Part shown: piece after piece, positions 48,646 through 58,817 of the stretch
Layout of the letters: every line of letters starts with the position of its first letter
Position numbering within the stretch: the first letter of the stretch is position 1
Assembly: GCA_963676835.2 (NCBI GenBank)
Contig: CAXXFF010000002.1
Span: forward strand, 64,001-128,000
Origin: Marispirochaeta sp.
GTDB taxonomy: Bacteria > Spirochaetota > Spirochaetia > JC444 > Marispirochaetaceae
Reading direction: 5' to 3'
DNA: 64,000 bases
Program-made: the position numbers and the translations under genes
The notes under the pieces: generated by a model
The model's input: only the letters and a program-made list of their open reading frames with translations
What the model was told of the DNA's origin: nothing
Databases searched by the model: none

Positions 48646-49881
48646 ATGAAAACCTTAATATACGATCCTTTTTCCGGAATCAGCGGCGATATGCATATGG
48701 GAGCTATGATAGATCTCGGCGTTCCGGAAGAGTACATAATAGAAAGTCTTAAGTGCCTGAATCTGCCGGGATGGAAGGTTCAGTTCACCCGGGACAGCCG
48801 CTGCGGCATTGCAGGAGTACGCGCCGTGGTTCACGCTGAGGGGGAGCACGATCACTCCCACGATCATGGCCACTCCCACGAGCACGATCACTCCCACGAG
48901 CACGATCACTCCCACGAGCATGGCCACTCCCATGTGCATGAACACAGAGGCCTGAAGGAAATTCGCGCCATGATCGAGAACAGCACTCTGTCTGCGGGAG
49001 TAAAAAAAAGGAGCCTGGAAATGTTTCAGGTTATCGCAGAAGCGGAAGCAAAAGTACACGGATCCACGATTAAAGAGGTTCACTTTCATGAGGTGGGGGC
49101 TGTGGACTCAATTGTAGATATCGTCACTGCAGCCGCCGCAATAGAATACCTGAAGCCCGACAGGATACTATCTTTTCCGCCGGAACTGGGAGGTGGTTTT
49201 GTAAACTGCGCTCACGGACGGATTCCGGTGCCCGCACCGGCAACGGTGGAAATTCTCACCAATATCGAATGCCGCAGGGGAGCTGTCGATAAGGAGACAA
49301 CCACTCCGACAGGAGCGGCGATTCTTGCAGCAAATGTGGATGCGTTTATCAGTACCGGCAATTTCTCCATAACAAGCACCGGATATGGACTGGGCAAACG
49401 TGAGCTGCCAATTCCCAATGCCCTCCGGGTATTTCTGGCAGAGACGGATGAAAAAACCACAACCGAGGCCCTGCTTCTGGAATGTAATGTTGATGACATG
49501 AATCCGGAACTCTATGACAATGTTATTACAAGGCTGCTCACCGCTGGAGCGAAGGATGCCTATCTTACACCGGTGCAAATGAAAAAAAACCGTCCAGGCA
49601 CACTGCTTAGCGTAATGACAACCTGTGATAAGCGCGAAGAGATAGCGGATATCATCTTCCGCGAGACCACCACCGGCGGCCTGCGGGAATTTCCGGTTAC
49701 CCAGACCATGCTTGAGCGAAAATTTGAAACCTCCAGAACTCCCTATGGAGATCTGAAACTCAAGAAATTCTTCCATAAGGGAGAATGTGTTTCCTGTAAG
49801 GCTGAATACGAGGAAGTGAAGGATCTGGCTGATAAAAACGGAGTTCCCATGAAAGAGATCTACCGGGAGATTCACTGGTGA
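48646..49881 (+). CDS. larC: Nickel-pincer cofactor nickel insertase
   Basis: GISGDMHMGAMIDLG, His-rich tract, VHFHEVGAVDSIVDI, CAHGRIPVPAPA, ECNVDDM and MKKNRPG motifs. Confidence 0.96.
   Translation: MKTLIYDPFSGISGDMHMGAMIDLGVPEEYIIESLKCLNLPGWKVQFTRDSRCGIAGVRAVVHAEGEHDHSHDHGHSHEHDHSHEHDHSHEHGHSHVHEHRGLKEIRAMIENSTLSAGVKKRSLEMFQVIAEAEAKVHGSTIKEVHFHEVGAVDSIVDIVTAAAAIEYLKPDRILSFPPELGGGFVNCAHGRIPVPAPATVEILTNIECRRGAVDKETTTPTGAAILAANVDAFISTGNFSITSTGYGLGKRELPIPNALRVFLAETDEKTTTEALLLECNVDDMNPELYDNVITRLLTAGAKDAYLTPVQMKKNRPGTLLSVMTTCDKREEIADIIFRETTTGGLREFPVTQTMLERKFETSRTPYGDLKLKKFFHKGECVSCKAEYEEVKDLADKNGVPMKEIYREIHW
48844..48933 (+). repeat. 5 x 18-bp tandem repeat encoding the His-rich tract of LarC
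   Basis: GAGCACGATCACTCCCAC units (EHDHSH/DHGHSH/EHGHSH). Confidence 0.9.
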
Positions 49882-50678
49882 ACTTCAGGCAGAAGTCAGA
49901 AGATCTGCAACAGCTGCTGCAGGAACTTCCCGAGTTTGCCATTGCTTTTTCAGGAGGCGTTGATTCAGGGCTCCTCGCGGCAGCGGCGGTGAGATCAGGA
50001 AAAACACCACTGCTGATCACTGTGCGTCCCCCATGGGTTCCAGAGCGTGAATACCGTGATGCGTCAGCAACAGCAGACTTCCTGGGGATGGTATGGCACT
50101 GTATTCCAATGAAAATGCCGGATGAGCTGAAGGATAATCCCGATGATCGCTGTTACCTGTGCAAGAAATATATTCTTGAAAACATACGGAATAAAGCCGA
50201 AGAGAACGGCATTCACACCATTCTGGACGGCTCCAATGCTGACGACAGCAAGGACTACAGGCCGGGAAAAAAGGCACTTCATGAGTTTGCTGTACGGAGT
50301 CCGCTGGAAGAGTGCGGATTCACCAAATCCGAAGTCCGCGCCCTGGCCGCACAGTACAGCCTTGCTATCTGGAACAAACCTGCATACTCCTGCCTGCTCA
50401 CCAGATTCCCTCACAATACTACTATCGAAGGCACGGTACTTTCCGCAGTGGAAAAGGGAGAAGATATTCTGATTAACGAAGGATTCCCGGAAGTTCGTCT
50501 CCGCAGCCACGGAAACCTGGCGCGCATAGAGATTTCTCCGGAGGATAGAACCAGGTTCTGTACTCCGGAACGAATGGACCGTATAAACAGCAGCCTAAAA
50601 AACATTGGATTCCGCTATGTTTCCCTTGATCTGGAAGGCTACCGCTGCGGAAAAATGGACAGGACGGACAAAACATGA
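49878..50678 (+). CDS. larE: ATP-dependent sulfur transferase LarE
   Basis: PP-loop AFSGGVDS; RCYLCKK, DYRPG and SCLLTRFP motifs. Confidence 0.94.
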   Translation: MNFRQKSEDLQQLLQELPEFAIAFSGGVDSGLLAAAAVRSGKTPLLITVRPPWVPEREYRDASATADFLGMVWHCIPMKMPDELKDNPDDRCYLCKKYILENIRNKAEENGIHTILDGSNADDSKDYRPGKKALHEFAVRSPLEECGFTKSEVRALAAQYSLAIWNKPAYSCLLTRFPHNTTIEGTVLSAVEKGEDILINEGFPEVRLRSHGNLARIEISPEDRTRFCTPERMDRINSSLKNIGFRYVSLDLEGYRCGKMDRTDKT

Positions 50679-51430
50679 GTACCGAACAGAAACTGGAAGA
50701 ACTGCTCAATAGCTTCAAGCAGGGAGAAACTGACCTGTACAGCACCCGGCAGGCGGTGAAGGATCTCTTTTTTACCGACCTGGGGCATACCAGGCTGGAC
50801 ACCAACCGCGCCGAGCGTACCGGCTATCCCGAAGTAATCTACTGTGCCGGAAAAACAGCAGACCAGATCCGACAAATCATGCACCACATGAAAAACCGCG
50901 GAATCAATATCCTGGCCACCAGAATGAGCGAATCGGTATACACGGAACTACAAGCTGAGTTTGGGGAAGGCCGCTACACCGCCGGCCCTGGAATATTTAC
51001 GCTTACACAGAAACCGGTGGAGAAAAACAGCAAAGGAGAAATTGCTGTGGTCAGTGCCGGGACCTCGGACTTTCGTGTAGCCGAGGAAGCAGCCCTTACC
51101 GCCGAGTTTTACGGCCATACCGTTTCCCGCTACAGCGACGTAGGAGTAGCGGGCATTCACCGGCTGCTGGCGTCCATCGAAGATATTCGCAGGGCCAGGG
51201 TTATAGTAGTGGTTGCCGGAATGGAAGGAGCCCTGGCCAGCGTCGTGGCCGGACTGGTTCAGTCCCCGATAATCGCCGTGCCCACAAGTGTGGGTTACGG
51301 GGCAAACTTTCAGGGACTGACCGCACTGCTTTCAATGATCAACAGCTGTTCCGCCGGTATCTCGGTAGTCAACATCGACAATGGATTCGGCGCCGGATTT
51401 CTCGCGGGAATGATTAACTCTCTGGAATAG
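50675..51430 (+). CDS. larB: Nickel-pincer cofactor carboxylase/hydrolase LarB
   Basis: SAGTSD, DVGVAGIHRL, AGMEGALASV, PTSVGYG and VVNIDNGFGAG motifs. Confidence 0.96.
   Translation: MSTEQKLEELLNSFKQGETDLYSTRQAVKDLFFTDLGHTRLDTNRAERTGYPEVIYCAGKTADQIRQIMHHMKNRGINILATRMSESVYTELQAEFGEGRYTAGPGIFTLTQKPVEKNSKGEIAVVSAGTSDFRVAEEAALTAEFYGHTVSRYSDVGVAGIHRLLASIEDIRRARVIVVVAGMEGALASVVAGLVQSPIIAVPTSVGYGANFQGLTALLSMINSCSAGISVVNIDNGFGAGFLAGMINSLE
51364..51425 (+). repeat. 62-bp direct repeat copy A (3' end of larB)
   Basis: Matches 53059-53120 at 54/62 positions; last 28 bp identical. Confidence 0.9.
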
Positions 51431-51526
51431 GATAAGGGTCCCCTGAAAATTCTCTGATCAGATACTGATTTTTCCATGGATACCGGAGATACACGTTACA
51501 GATTGCTTATCCACCGGTTCAATCTG

Positions 51527-52933
51527 TCAGTTTTCCGGTTCAAGTGAAATTGAATCCCGGCTATCCAGATAATTGTTTAATTTCTCAACTTCAAATAACG
51601 GCAGCCCAATTAGCTTGCTTGTCAACTCTCTACCCGAACCCGGTTCAGGCAATTTATGATTAATACTGGAAACACGCCGTCTTCGTTCCATAAGATCAAA
51701 CTTAACAACATACTTTGGACCTTTATCCTCAATATATTTCCACAATGATTTTATTTTTCCGGTTTTGCCCGCCTTCACTTCTACAGGAAAGATTTCTCCG
51801 CCCCGGGAGTAGATGAAATCAATCTCGGCAGCCCCTTTTCTTTTGTTGTTAAGCCAGTAATAAAGTTCCGGTACCGGGTTTCCCGGATTGGTAAATTTCA
51901 GATGCTGGGCAATAAACTGTTCCGCCATAACACCTTTAGTCAAAAGCTTATCCGAAGAAAGATTAAATAGATCATTCCATCCCGTATCATTCAGCGCATT
52001 GTACAGGCCCACATCCAGGAAGAACAGTTTCACTGTAGACGGATTCGTACCTGCAGATAAGGGTAAACCATTGCAATAGGTAAATGTCGTTCTTATTATG
52101 ACCCCTGCTTTAGCAAGCAGCTCTATAGCTTTTTGAACACTACTGGAATGGGTGTTGGAGACATCGGAAAATACAACCTTTTCTCCAAGATGGCCAACCG
52201 TATATTCAAAAACATCCAGCGCCCGGGAATACTCTTTATTTACTGTGTATTTGGGAATATCATCGCGATACGTTTGTATAATGGAATGATGAATATCCCG
52301 GACTTCCTGATAATCACCTCCTTCGGTCCAACACCTGACTGCTTCGGGCATACCCCCGGTATAGTAATACTCTTTTAACAAAGCAGAGCCATATTCCAGC
52401 CAGGTCTGATCAGTTTCATCTTCCAGAGTCATATCATGGATTCGTTCAAGAAAGATATTCTCTTCTTTTGCCATGAGGAATTCGGTGAATGTCATCGGTC
52501 CCAGCTGATAATACTGCACCCTGCCAACGGGCATGGAAAAACGGGATGAATTCAGAGTAACTTCAAGCAGAGAGCCTGCGGCAATTACTCTCAGCTCAGC
52601 TCTTTTTTCATAAAAATAACGAAGTCGATTAATAACTCTCGGCTGCAGTTGAACCTCATCAAAAAAAATGAGGGATTTTTCAGGAACCACTTTCTTCCCG
52701 GAGATAAGCTCAATTTCCTGTAGTACTTTTTCTATGGAGAAGGATGTGTCATTCTCTATCTGTCTGAGTTTTACTGTTTCAAAATCCAACTCAATCAGGT
52801 CTATATTGTTTTGACTGCAGAAGAGATGAACAAGTGTGGATTTTCCCACCTGACGGGCACCCCTTAAAATAAGGGGCTTCGACGTTCTGTTTTTATACCA
52901 ATTTATTAAGAAATCAAGGGCGGACCGCTTCAT
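51527..52933 (-). CDS. AAA_14 ATPase with DUF4143 and C-terminal PD-(D/E)xK-like motif
   Basis: GARQVGKS, FFDEVQ, GGMPEAV, KLFFLDVGL and EIDF..PVEVKAG motifs; visibly AT-richer than the flanks. Confidence 0.9.
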   Translation of the reverse strand: MKRSALDFLINWYKNRTSKPLILRGARQVGKSTLVHLFCSQNNIDLIELDFETVKLRQIENDTSFSIEKVLQEIELISGKKVVPEKSLIFFDEVQLQPRVINRLRYFYEKRAELRVIAAGSLLEVTLNSSRFSMPVGRVQYYQLGPMTFTEFLMAKEENIFLERIHDMTLEDETDQTWLEYGSALLKEYYYTGGMPEAVRCWTEGGDYQEVRDIHHSIIQTYRDDIPKYTVNKEYSRALDVFEYTVGHLGEKVVFSDVSNTHSSSVQKAIELLAKAGVIIRTTFTYCNGLPLSAGTNPSTVKLFFLDVGLYNALNDTGWNDLFNLSSDKLLTKGVMAEQFIAQHLKFTNPGNPVPELYYWLNNKRKGAAEIDFIYSRGGEIFPVEVKAGKTGKIKSLWKYIEDKGPKYVVKFDLMERRRRVSSINHKLPEPGSGRELTSKLIGLPLFEVEKLNNYLDSRDSISLEPEN

Positions 52934-53058
52934 ACCATTAATAATAGTACAATATCACCAAATTAGCAACCTGTTTAAGAATACAGATACTATATCTGAG
53001 GCCTGTTTTAGTAAAATCCATCAATCATGTATTGCATCAGATGCTTTTCGAGAGTTTA

Positions 53059-53120
53059 GGTAGTCAACATCAATAACGGCTTCGAAGCAGGTTTTCTCGC
53101 GGGAATGATTAACTCTCTGG
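53059..53120 (+). repeat. 62-bp direct repeat copy B (orphan larB 3' end)
   Basis: Translates as VVNINNGFEAGFLAGMINSL versus larB VVNIDNGFGAGFLAGMINSL. Confidence 0.9.
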
Positions 53121-53121
53121 C

Positions 53122-53706
53122 TCAGTCCTTTATCTCAATCCCAAACCCGCTTAAAAGAGACAGCACATCCGGAACTGAGAATACCGCCTGCTTTAATTTG
53201 TTCGAATACGGGTCTATTGCATATCCCTCTGCCTGATAAAACGAGGCTTTCCGCAAATCCGAGGAATCAAACAGGGTGTCCGAAAATTTCGCACCGGTAA
53301 AATCTGCTTCCACCAGATAGCTGTTCTGAAAAGCGCAGCCGGAAATCTCACAATTGCTGAAGTCAGAACCCTTCATGGAAAGATCACTGAAATTGCAGCT
53401 GCGTATAAGACACCCGGGAAAAGACGGGCTGAATGCCATGGGGCTGCATTTATAAAAGCGAAGGCCTAACAGCTTACACTCATTAAACTTTGTATCGATA
53501 AAACTGGTATCATCAATCAGGGTGTTGCTGATATTGCAGCCGGAAAAAGTACAGGATTCAAAACTGCTGCCCGCAAAAGAAGTTTCTATAAAAGTGCAGT
53601 TGTAAAAGCGGCAGCTGTAGAACTCCATACCACTCATGTTATTGGATGAAAAGTCGCGTCCGCGGAACTCTTTATTCTGGTAGTCATCTTCAGTCAGCTC
53701 AAACAT
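53122..53706 (-). CDS. Pentapeptide-repeat protein
   Basis: Tandem [ACS]xFxx pentads; DLRKASF..AEGYAIDP..NKLKQAVFS C-terminus. Confidence 0.88.
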   Translation of the reverse strand: MFELTEDDYQNKEFRGRDFSSNNMSGMEFYSCRFYNCTFIETSFAGSSFESCTFSGCNISNTLIDDTSFIDTKFNECKLLGLRFYKCSPMAFSPSFPGCLIRSCNFSDLSMKGSDFSNCEISGCAFQNSYLVEADFTGAKFSDTLFDSSDLRKASFYQAEGYAIDPYSNKLKQAVFSVPDVLSLLSGFGIEIKD

Positions 53707-53929
53707 GGGGAGAATAATACACCTCCATAACATGGTTTCCAATCCCGCAGCGTGAACATCCGGGAAGCACTACATATCCAGGCCCAGTCAGTATTCTGGA
53801 AAGCTCCCTTAAAAATCACTGTTTATAATTTCCCTTCCGGCCTCACAAAGATTACATTATCTGTAATATATAATCCTGCTTTTTCCATGAGAGAATGGAA
53901 ACTGGCAGTACTTTTCCTGGAGATTGAAT

Positions 53930-54925
53930 ATGACAGACGCACTGGCTTTGCATAAAGAAGCAATTCTCATAGACGGCCTGAATATCTGTAACTGGGACCG
54001 GGAAATTTTTGAAGAGTATCGGGAAGGCGGCGTAACAGCCGTCTCATGTACAGCAGCAGTATGGGAAAACTTCCAGGACGGTATGCTGGAAGTATCAAAG
54101 TGGCTCCAATGGTTTGAGGAGTTCTCCGACCTGATCATGCCGGTTCACAGCATAGCCGATATTCTGGAAGCAAAGAAACAGAATAAAACCGGCATTATCC
54201 TTAACTGGCAGAATACATCTCCCCTGGAGGACCGCCTGCAGTTTCTCCCGCTCTTTAAAAAACTTGGTGTCGGCATTATGCAGCTGACCTATAACACCCA
54301 GAATTATGCAGGGTCCGGATATCTGGAATCCACCGATTCCGGCCTCAGTGACTGGGGAAAAGAGCTTGTGGATGCCATGAACGAATGGGGTGTTGTGTGC
54401 GACTTGTCCCACGTTGGAGACAAAACTTCGGCAGATGTTATTGAATATTCAAAAAAACCGGTGGCCTATACCCATGTCCTGCCCCGGGGACTGCTGGACC
54501 GCCCGCGGAATAAACCTGACGAGCTTATGAAAGCAGTTGCGGAGAAAGGCGGCATAGTAGGCTTCTCCCTCTTTGCGCCGGGAATGAAAAACGGCAATGA
54601 TTCCACCATTGTCGATGTAGTGGAGGCAATATGCTACATGGTCGATCTCCTTGGTGAGGATCATGTAACCGTAGGAACCGACTTCAGCCTCAAACATCCC
54701 AGGCCCGGTGAATTCCTTGAATGGTGCAACAAGGACAAGGGGGATGCCCGTTTCCTCACCCAGTTCGGCTCCAAGCCGGTGAAAAAGCCCAAGGGCATTG
54801 AGCGAATCCGGGAATTCCCGAATCTGACCGAAGCTCTTCTGAAACAGGGCTTCACCGCTGAACGTATAAAGAAGATTTATGGTGAAAACTGGATGCGGCT
54901 GCTGCAGGCAGTCTGGGAAGAATAA
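53930..54925 (+). CDS. Membrane dipeptidase family (peptidase M19)
   Basis: MQLTYN, DLSHVG, PRNKPD and VGTDF motifs. Confidence 0.9.
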   Translation: MTDALALHKEAILIDGLNICNWDREIFEEYREGGVTAVSCTAAVWENFQDGMLEVSKWLQWFEEFSDLIMPVHSIADILEAKKQNKTGIILNWQNTSPLEDRLQFLPLFKKLGVGIMQLTYNTQNYAGSGYLESTDSGLSDWGKELVDAMNEWGVVCDLSHVGDKTSADVIEYSKKPVAYTHVLPRGLLDRPRNKPDELMKAVAEKGGIVGFSLFAPGMKNGNDSTIVDVVEAICYMVDLLGEDHVTVGTDFSLKHPRPGEFLEWCNKDKGDARFLTQFGSKPVKKPKGIERIREFPNLTEALLKQGFTAERIKKIYGENWMRLLQAVWEE

Positions 54926-55013
54926 AAACGGGTAAAATCTAAAACATTCTCAATCCGGAGAATCATATAAGCTATACAGGTAATATCCCGGCCTTTTATT
55001 GTTGCGGATACAG

Positions 55014-56483
55014 TCAGGTTCCGCAGAAGGTGCGGTATGGTGTATTTGAAGGTTCAGGCGGCTTAAAGTATTCCTCCTGCTCAGCAGAGTGCTTATAGGG
55101 CCGGGAGAGAGCATCCAGAAACCGGTTCATTACATTGTAATCTCCCTTCTCAGCTGCTTTCAGGGCCTCTTCGACCCGGTGATTCCGGGGAATCAGGGCC
55201 GGATTGCTCCTCTTCATCAAATCAAAGGAGGAGCTTTCAGACTCTTCCTGCCCGCTCAATCTGGCCCGCCAGTTTTCATACCAGGCATCGAATTCTGAAA
55301 TCCCGGACATTGCAATCTCATCAGGTCTGTTAAACGTCAGGGCCAGAAAGGTATTGGTATAGTCAGCCTTATTTGTTTCCATCAGGCTTAACAGATCCTG
55401 AATAAGCTCTGCATCGCCATGCTCTTCGTTAAATAATCCCAGCTTTGCCCGCATTCCCGCCAGCCACTGCTCCCGGTATATCAGATAAAAACCTTCCAGC
55501 ACATTTTGTGCAGCTTCTACAGCCTTTTCCTCATTGTCACTTATCAGAGGCAGCAGGGTCTCGGCAAATCTTGCCAGATTCCAGACAGCCATGTGCGGCT
55601 GGTTACCAAAGGCGTATCGGCCGGAATTATCAATGGAACTGAAAACTGTTGCCTCGTCATAGGTATCCAGAAAGGCACAGGGACCATAGTCTATGGTTTC
55701 TCCGCAGATAGACATATTATCCGTGTTCATAACACCGTGGATAAATCCCGCGAGCTGCCATTTGGCAATCAGTTCAGCCTGGCGCCTTACTACCTCTTTC
55801 AACAGAAACAAATAACGGTTGCCAACAGAATCATTTACCGGGAAATGCCGCTGCAGGACATAGTCGGCTAAAATTCTGACATCCTCACCACTTCCCCACT
55901 GGGCAGCATACTGAAATGTTCCGACCCTCAAATGACTTGAAGCGGTCCGGGTCAGAATTGCTCCGGTTTCATAACCCTGGCGAAATACTTTTTCACCTGT
56001 TGTTACAACAGCCAGACTCCGGGTGGTGGGAATACCCAATGCATGCATGGCCTCGCTGATGATATATTCCCTGAGCATGGGACCAAGAACCGCCTTTCCG
56101 TCTCCCCCCCGGGAATAGGGAGTCCTGCCGGAACCCTTAAGCTGTATATCAAAGCGTTTTCCCTTCGGGGTGATCTGCTCTCCAAGCAGCAGCGCCCTTC
56201 CGTCTCCCAGCATGGTAAAATGACCAAACTGATGGCCTGCGTAGGCCTGGGCAAGGGGGTCTGCTCCTTCAGGAAAAACAGCTGCAGACAGCATTCCTGC
56301 CCACTCGTCAGCATGCAGAGCCTCTAAATTCAGACCCAGAGACCCAGCCAGAGAATGATTTACCACAACCAGCTCCGGTGATGGTACCGCCGAATGTCCG
56401 ATCCTTGAATAAAACATTTCAGGGAGGTCCGTATAGCTGTTGTCGAACTTCCATCCTGTTATTGTTGTTTGTGCTGCTGTCAT
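55014..56483 (-). CDS. selO: Protein adenylyltransferase SelO (YdiU)
   Basis: [30 protein letters not shown] and HGVMNTDN motifs; C-terminal TFCGT. Confidence 0.96.
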   Translation of the reverse strand: MTAAQTTITGWKFDNSYTDLPEMFYSRIGHSAVPSPELVVVNHSLAGSLGLNLEALHADEWAGMLSAAVFPEGADPLAQAYAGHQFGHFTMLGDGRALLLGEQITPKGKRFDIQLKGSGRTPYSRGGDGKAVLGPMLREYIISEAMHALGIPTTRSLAVVTTGEKVFRQGYETGAILTRTASSHLRVGTFQYAAQWGSGEDVRILADYVLQRHFPVNDSVGNRYLFLLKEVVRRQAELIAKWQLAGFIHGVMNTDNMSICGETIDYGPCAFLDTYDEATVFSSIDNSGRYAFGNQPHMAVWNLARFAETLLPLISDNEEKAVEAAQNVLEGFYLIYREQWLAGMRAKLGLFNEEHGDAELIQDLLSLMETNKADYTNTFLALTFNRPDEIAMSGISEFDAWYENWRARLSGQEESESSSFDLMKRSNPALIPRNHRVEEALKAAEKGDYNVMNRFLDALSRPYKHSAEQEEYFKPPEPSNTPYRTFCGT

Positions 56484-56543
56484 GAAAATCTTAATCTCTG
56501 CCCTCTGATCATATATCGCTTACCTGCGGATAATGCACTTCTA

Positions 56544-57548
56544 TCAATGGACAATCGCCAGGGGATCTGGTTTCATCAGCAGCTTCGCATACTGGGCCCG
56601 TTTGTATGCCCAGTGATCAGATCCATTCTTCCGGCTCATACTGCCCCGGAAGTTTTCCAGAGAGGAATACCCTTTACCATCCATCCAGGAGCTGAGATCA
56701 TTAAGGATCTTCCCTACCTGGGAGATTTTATTTCTGTACAGGGTGCTCACCACCTGAACAGCATCAGCACCGGCAAGAATCATCCTGGCGACATCCTGAC
56801 CATCCATAATTCCGCTGGAAGTACTGATACTTGCAGTAGTCTCTCCGTACAGCAGACCTGCATACCGGAGGGGCAGAAGACTGTCCCCTGGCTGGCTTAA
56901 GGTGAGAGGCAAGGTGGTTTGCTCTTTTACGGGATCGATGTCGGGAAGAAAGAATTTGTTAAAGAGTACCAGCCCTTTAGCCCCCGCTTCCGCGAAAGAT
57001 TTTGCAGCTGACAAAGGTGCGGTATAGAACATACTCATTTTGATGGAGACAGGAATCTTCACGCTCTTTACCACTTCCTTCACGACCGCAATCTGGTCCT
57101 TTTCAATGGAAGCGCCTGCGTCAGCCTGGAGTTCGGGATTGGCAAAAAAGTTCAATTCCAGACCATCTACACCAGTCTCTGCAAGCTTTCCAGCCCATTC
57201 GACCCAGGTATCTCGATTCACCGCATTCAGGCTGGCAATGACCGGAATATCACAGGCCTCCTTTGCTTTACGGACCCACATAAGGTGTTCATCCGGTCCG
57301 GCATGCTCAATATCGGGGAAGACAGTTGTCATTTCTGCATGTATATCGTCGTACTGATGTTTCGCCTCGTCAAACCTGGCTATTTCCAGCTGAATCTGCT
57401 CTTCGAACAGACTCTTGATTACCAGAGCCCCGGCACCGGAGTCTTCAATTTTCCGGATAGAATCCATATTGGATGTAAGTTCAGACGCGCCTGCAATTAC
57501 AGGATTTTTCAGCTCAATACCCATATATTGTGTTTTCAAATCGGCCAT
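56544..57548 (-). CDS. Dihydroorotate dehydrogenase-like flavoprotein
   Basis: LKNPVIAGAS, KSLFEEQI, GLVLFNKF and AGADAVQVVS motifs. Confidence 0.88.
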   Translation of the reverse strand: MADLKTQYMGIELKNPVIAGASELTSNMDSIRKIEDSGAGALVIKSLFEEQIQLEIARFDEAKHQYDDIHAEMTTVFPDIEHAGPDEHLMWVRKAKEACDIPVIASLNAVNRDTWVEWAGKLAETGVDGLELNFFANPELQADAGASIEKDQIAVVKEVVKSVKIPVSIKMSMFYTAPLSAAKSFAEAGAKGLVLFNKFFLPDIDPVKEQTTLPLTLSQPGDSLLPLRYAGLLYGETTASISTSSGIMDGQDVARMILAGADAVQVVSTLYRNKISQVGKILNDLSSWMDGKGYSSLENFRGSMSRKNGSDHWAYKRAQYAKLLMKPDPLAIVH

Positions 57549-57677
57549 TCAAGTACCTCCTGTTTACATACATTACTGTAAAGGTAATAAATAGAAGGCT
57601 GCAGGACAAACTAGTTTTATCCGGAGCCGGGAAAACAAGGCATCGCAGTTCATACTGAAAAATGTTCCAAACAAACA

Positions 57678-57716
57678 GGGGTGCAAGTTAGAGTTGACAT
57701 CTCTAACTTGCACCCC
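57678..57716. repeat. Perfect 16-bp-arm hairpin (REP/MITE-like)
   Basis: GGGGTGCAAGTTAGAG-ttgacat-CTCTAACTTGCACCCC. Confidence 0.8.
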
Positions 57717-57721
57717 ATATA

Positions 57722-58294
57722 TGCGCGGGAAGGACAGGGCAGCTCCTTAACCTCTCCAATCTGGCCGATGATGTTGGCATCAGTTACAAGACAGCAGGTC
57801 ATTGGATCTCACTGCTGGAAACAAGTTTTATTGTATTCAGGGTTCCCCCCTATCATGCAAATATAAACAAGAGATTGATCAAATCAGCGAAACTCTATTT
57901 TTATGACACCGGCCTGGCCGCTCATCTGCTGGGTATTGAGGAGTCTAGACAGATTCCAACACACCCTTTAAGGGGAGCACTTTTTGAAAATATGGTTATT
58001 GCAGAAGCGATGAAATATCGCTACAACCGGGGAAAACGGGAAAACCTCTTGTTCTTCCGCGATGCCAAAGGGCATGAGGTTGATCTCCTGTTAACATCCG
58101 CCAATGATCTGTCGGCAGTGGAAATTAAGGCAGCCCAGACTTTTAAAAACGAGTTCTTCAAAGGATTGGAATATTTCAATACCTACATCAAAAAATGCAC
58201 CCACTCACTGGTAGTCTATAACGGTGAACGTAACGAAAAACGTACAAAAGGAACCGTAACCGATATTCATCACATGTTTGATTGGCTGGAATAA
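57722..58294 (+). pseudogene. 5'-truncated AAA_14/DUF4143 ATPase gene
   Basis: Frame open from 57722 (CAGRTGQLLNLSNLADDVGIS...KLYFYDTGL..EVDLL..VEIKA); ATPase half missing; in-frame TAA at 57704 within the hairpin. Confidence 0.82.
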
Positions 58295-58328
58295 TTCACC
58301 ACCCCTGATAATGAGGCAAGTCCTTCGC

Positions 58329-58805
58329 TTACTCCCGCCAGACAAATTTCTGCACCTCCGGACTACTTCCCGGGTTCTCAAAAGCCTTCTCCGGGATAAA
58401 CGATGGATACACCGTCAGCTCCGAAATCTCATCCCGGGAAAACCAGCGAAAAGAGAGTTCCAGTTCTCCATCCCGGCCGGACCACTGCTCTTTCCTTAAC
58501 AGGGAGGAATCCTCCGGCAGGCTGCAGCGGTAGTAGAAGCAGATTTCGTGACAGGGTTTATCCGCCCAGGGATAAAAGTTCTCAACCAGCCAGAGAAGGC
58601 CCCCGGGGATCACCTCCTCACCTGTCTCCTCCCGCATCTCCCGTACCAGGGTATCTTCACTGGCTTCACCGAACTCTATACGGCCTCCGGGAAGAGACCA
58701 GAAACTGTCCCGGTTTGAGGTATGCAGTAAGAGCTTATTCCCGTTAAACAGAACAGCTGCCACCCTGCAGTTGAAGAGGCCTTCTGTATGCGGAAATGTC
58801 AGCAC
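58329..58805 (-). CDS. NUDIX hydrolase
   Basis: GGRIEFGEASEDTLVREMREETG Nudix box. Confidence 0.92.
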   Translation of the reverse strand: MLTFPHTEGLFNCRVAAVLFNGNKLLLHTSNRDSFWSLPGGRIEFGEASEDTLVREMREETGEEVIPGGLLWLVENFYPWADKPCHEICFYYRCSLPEDSSLLRKEQWSGRDGELELSFRWFSRDEISELTVYPSFIPEKAFENPGSSPEVQKFVWRE

Positions 58806-58817
58806 CCTGTTCTTTCC

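Noticed and set aside
49168..49875. 235-aa minus-strand ORF
   Set aside because: Antisense to larC; no recognisable features.
53122..53706. Pentapeptide protein as a qnr resistance gene
   Set aside because: Only the generic repeat is recognisable; a Qnr assignment needs alignment.
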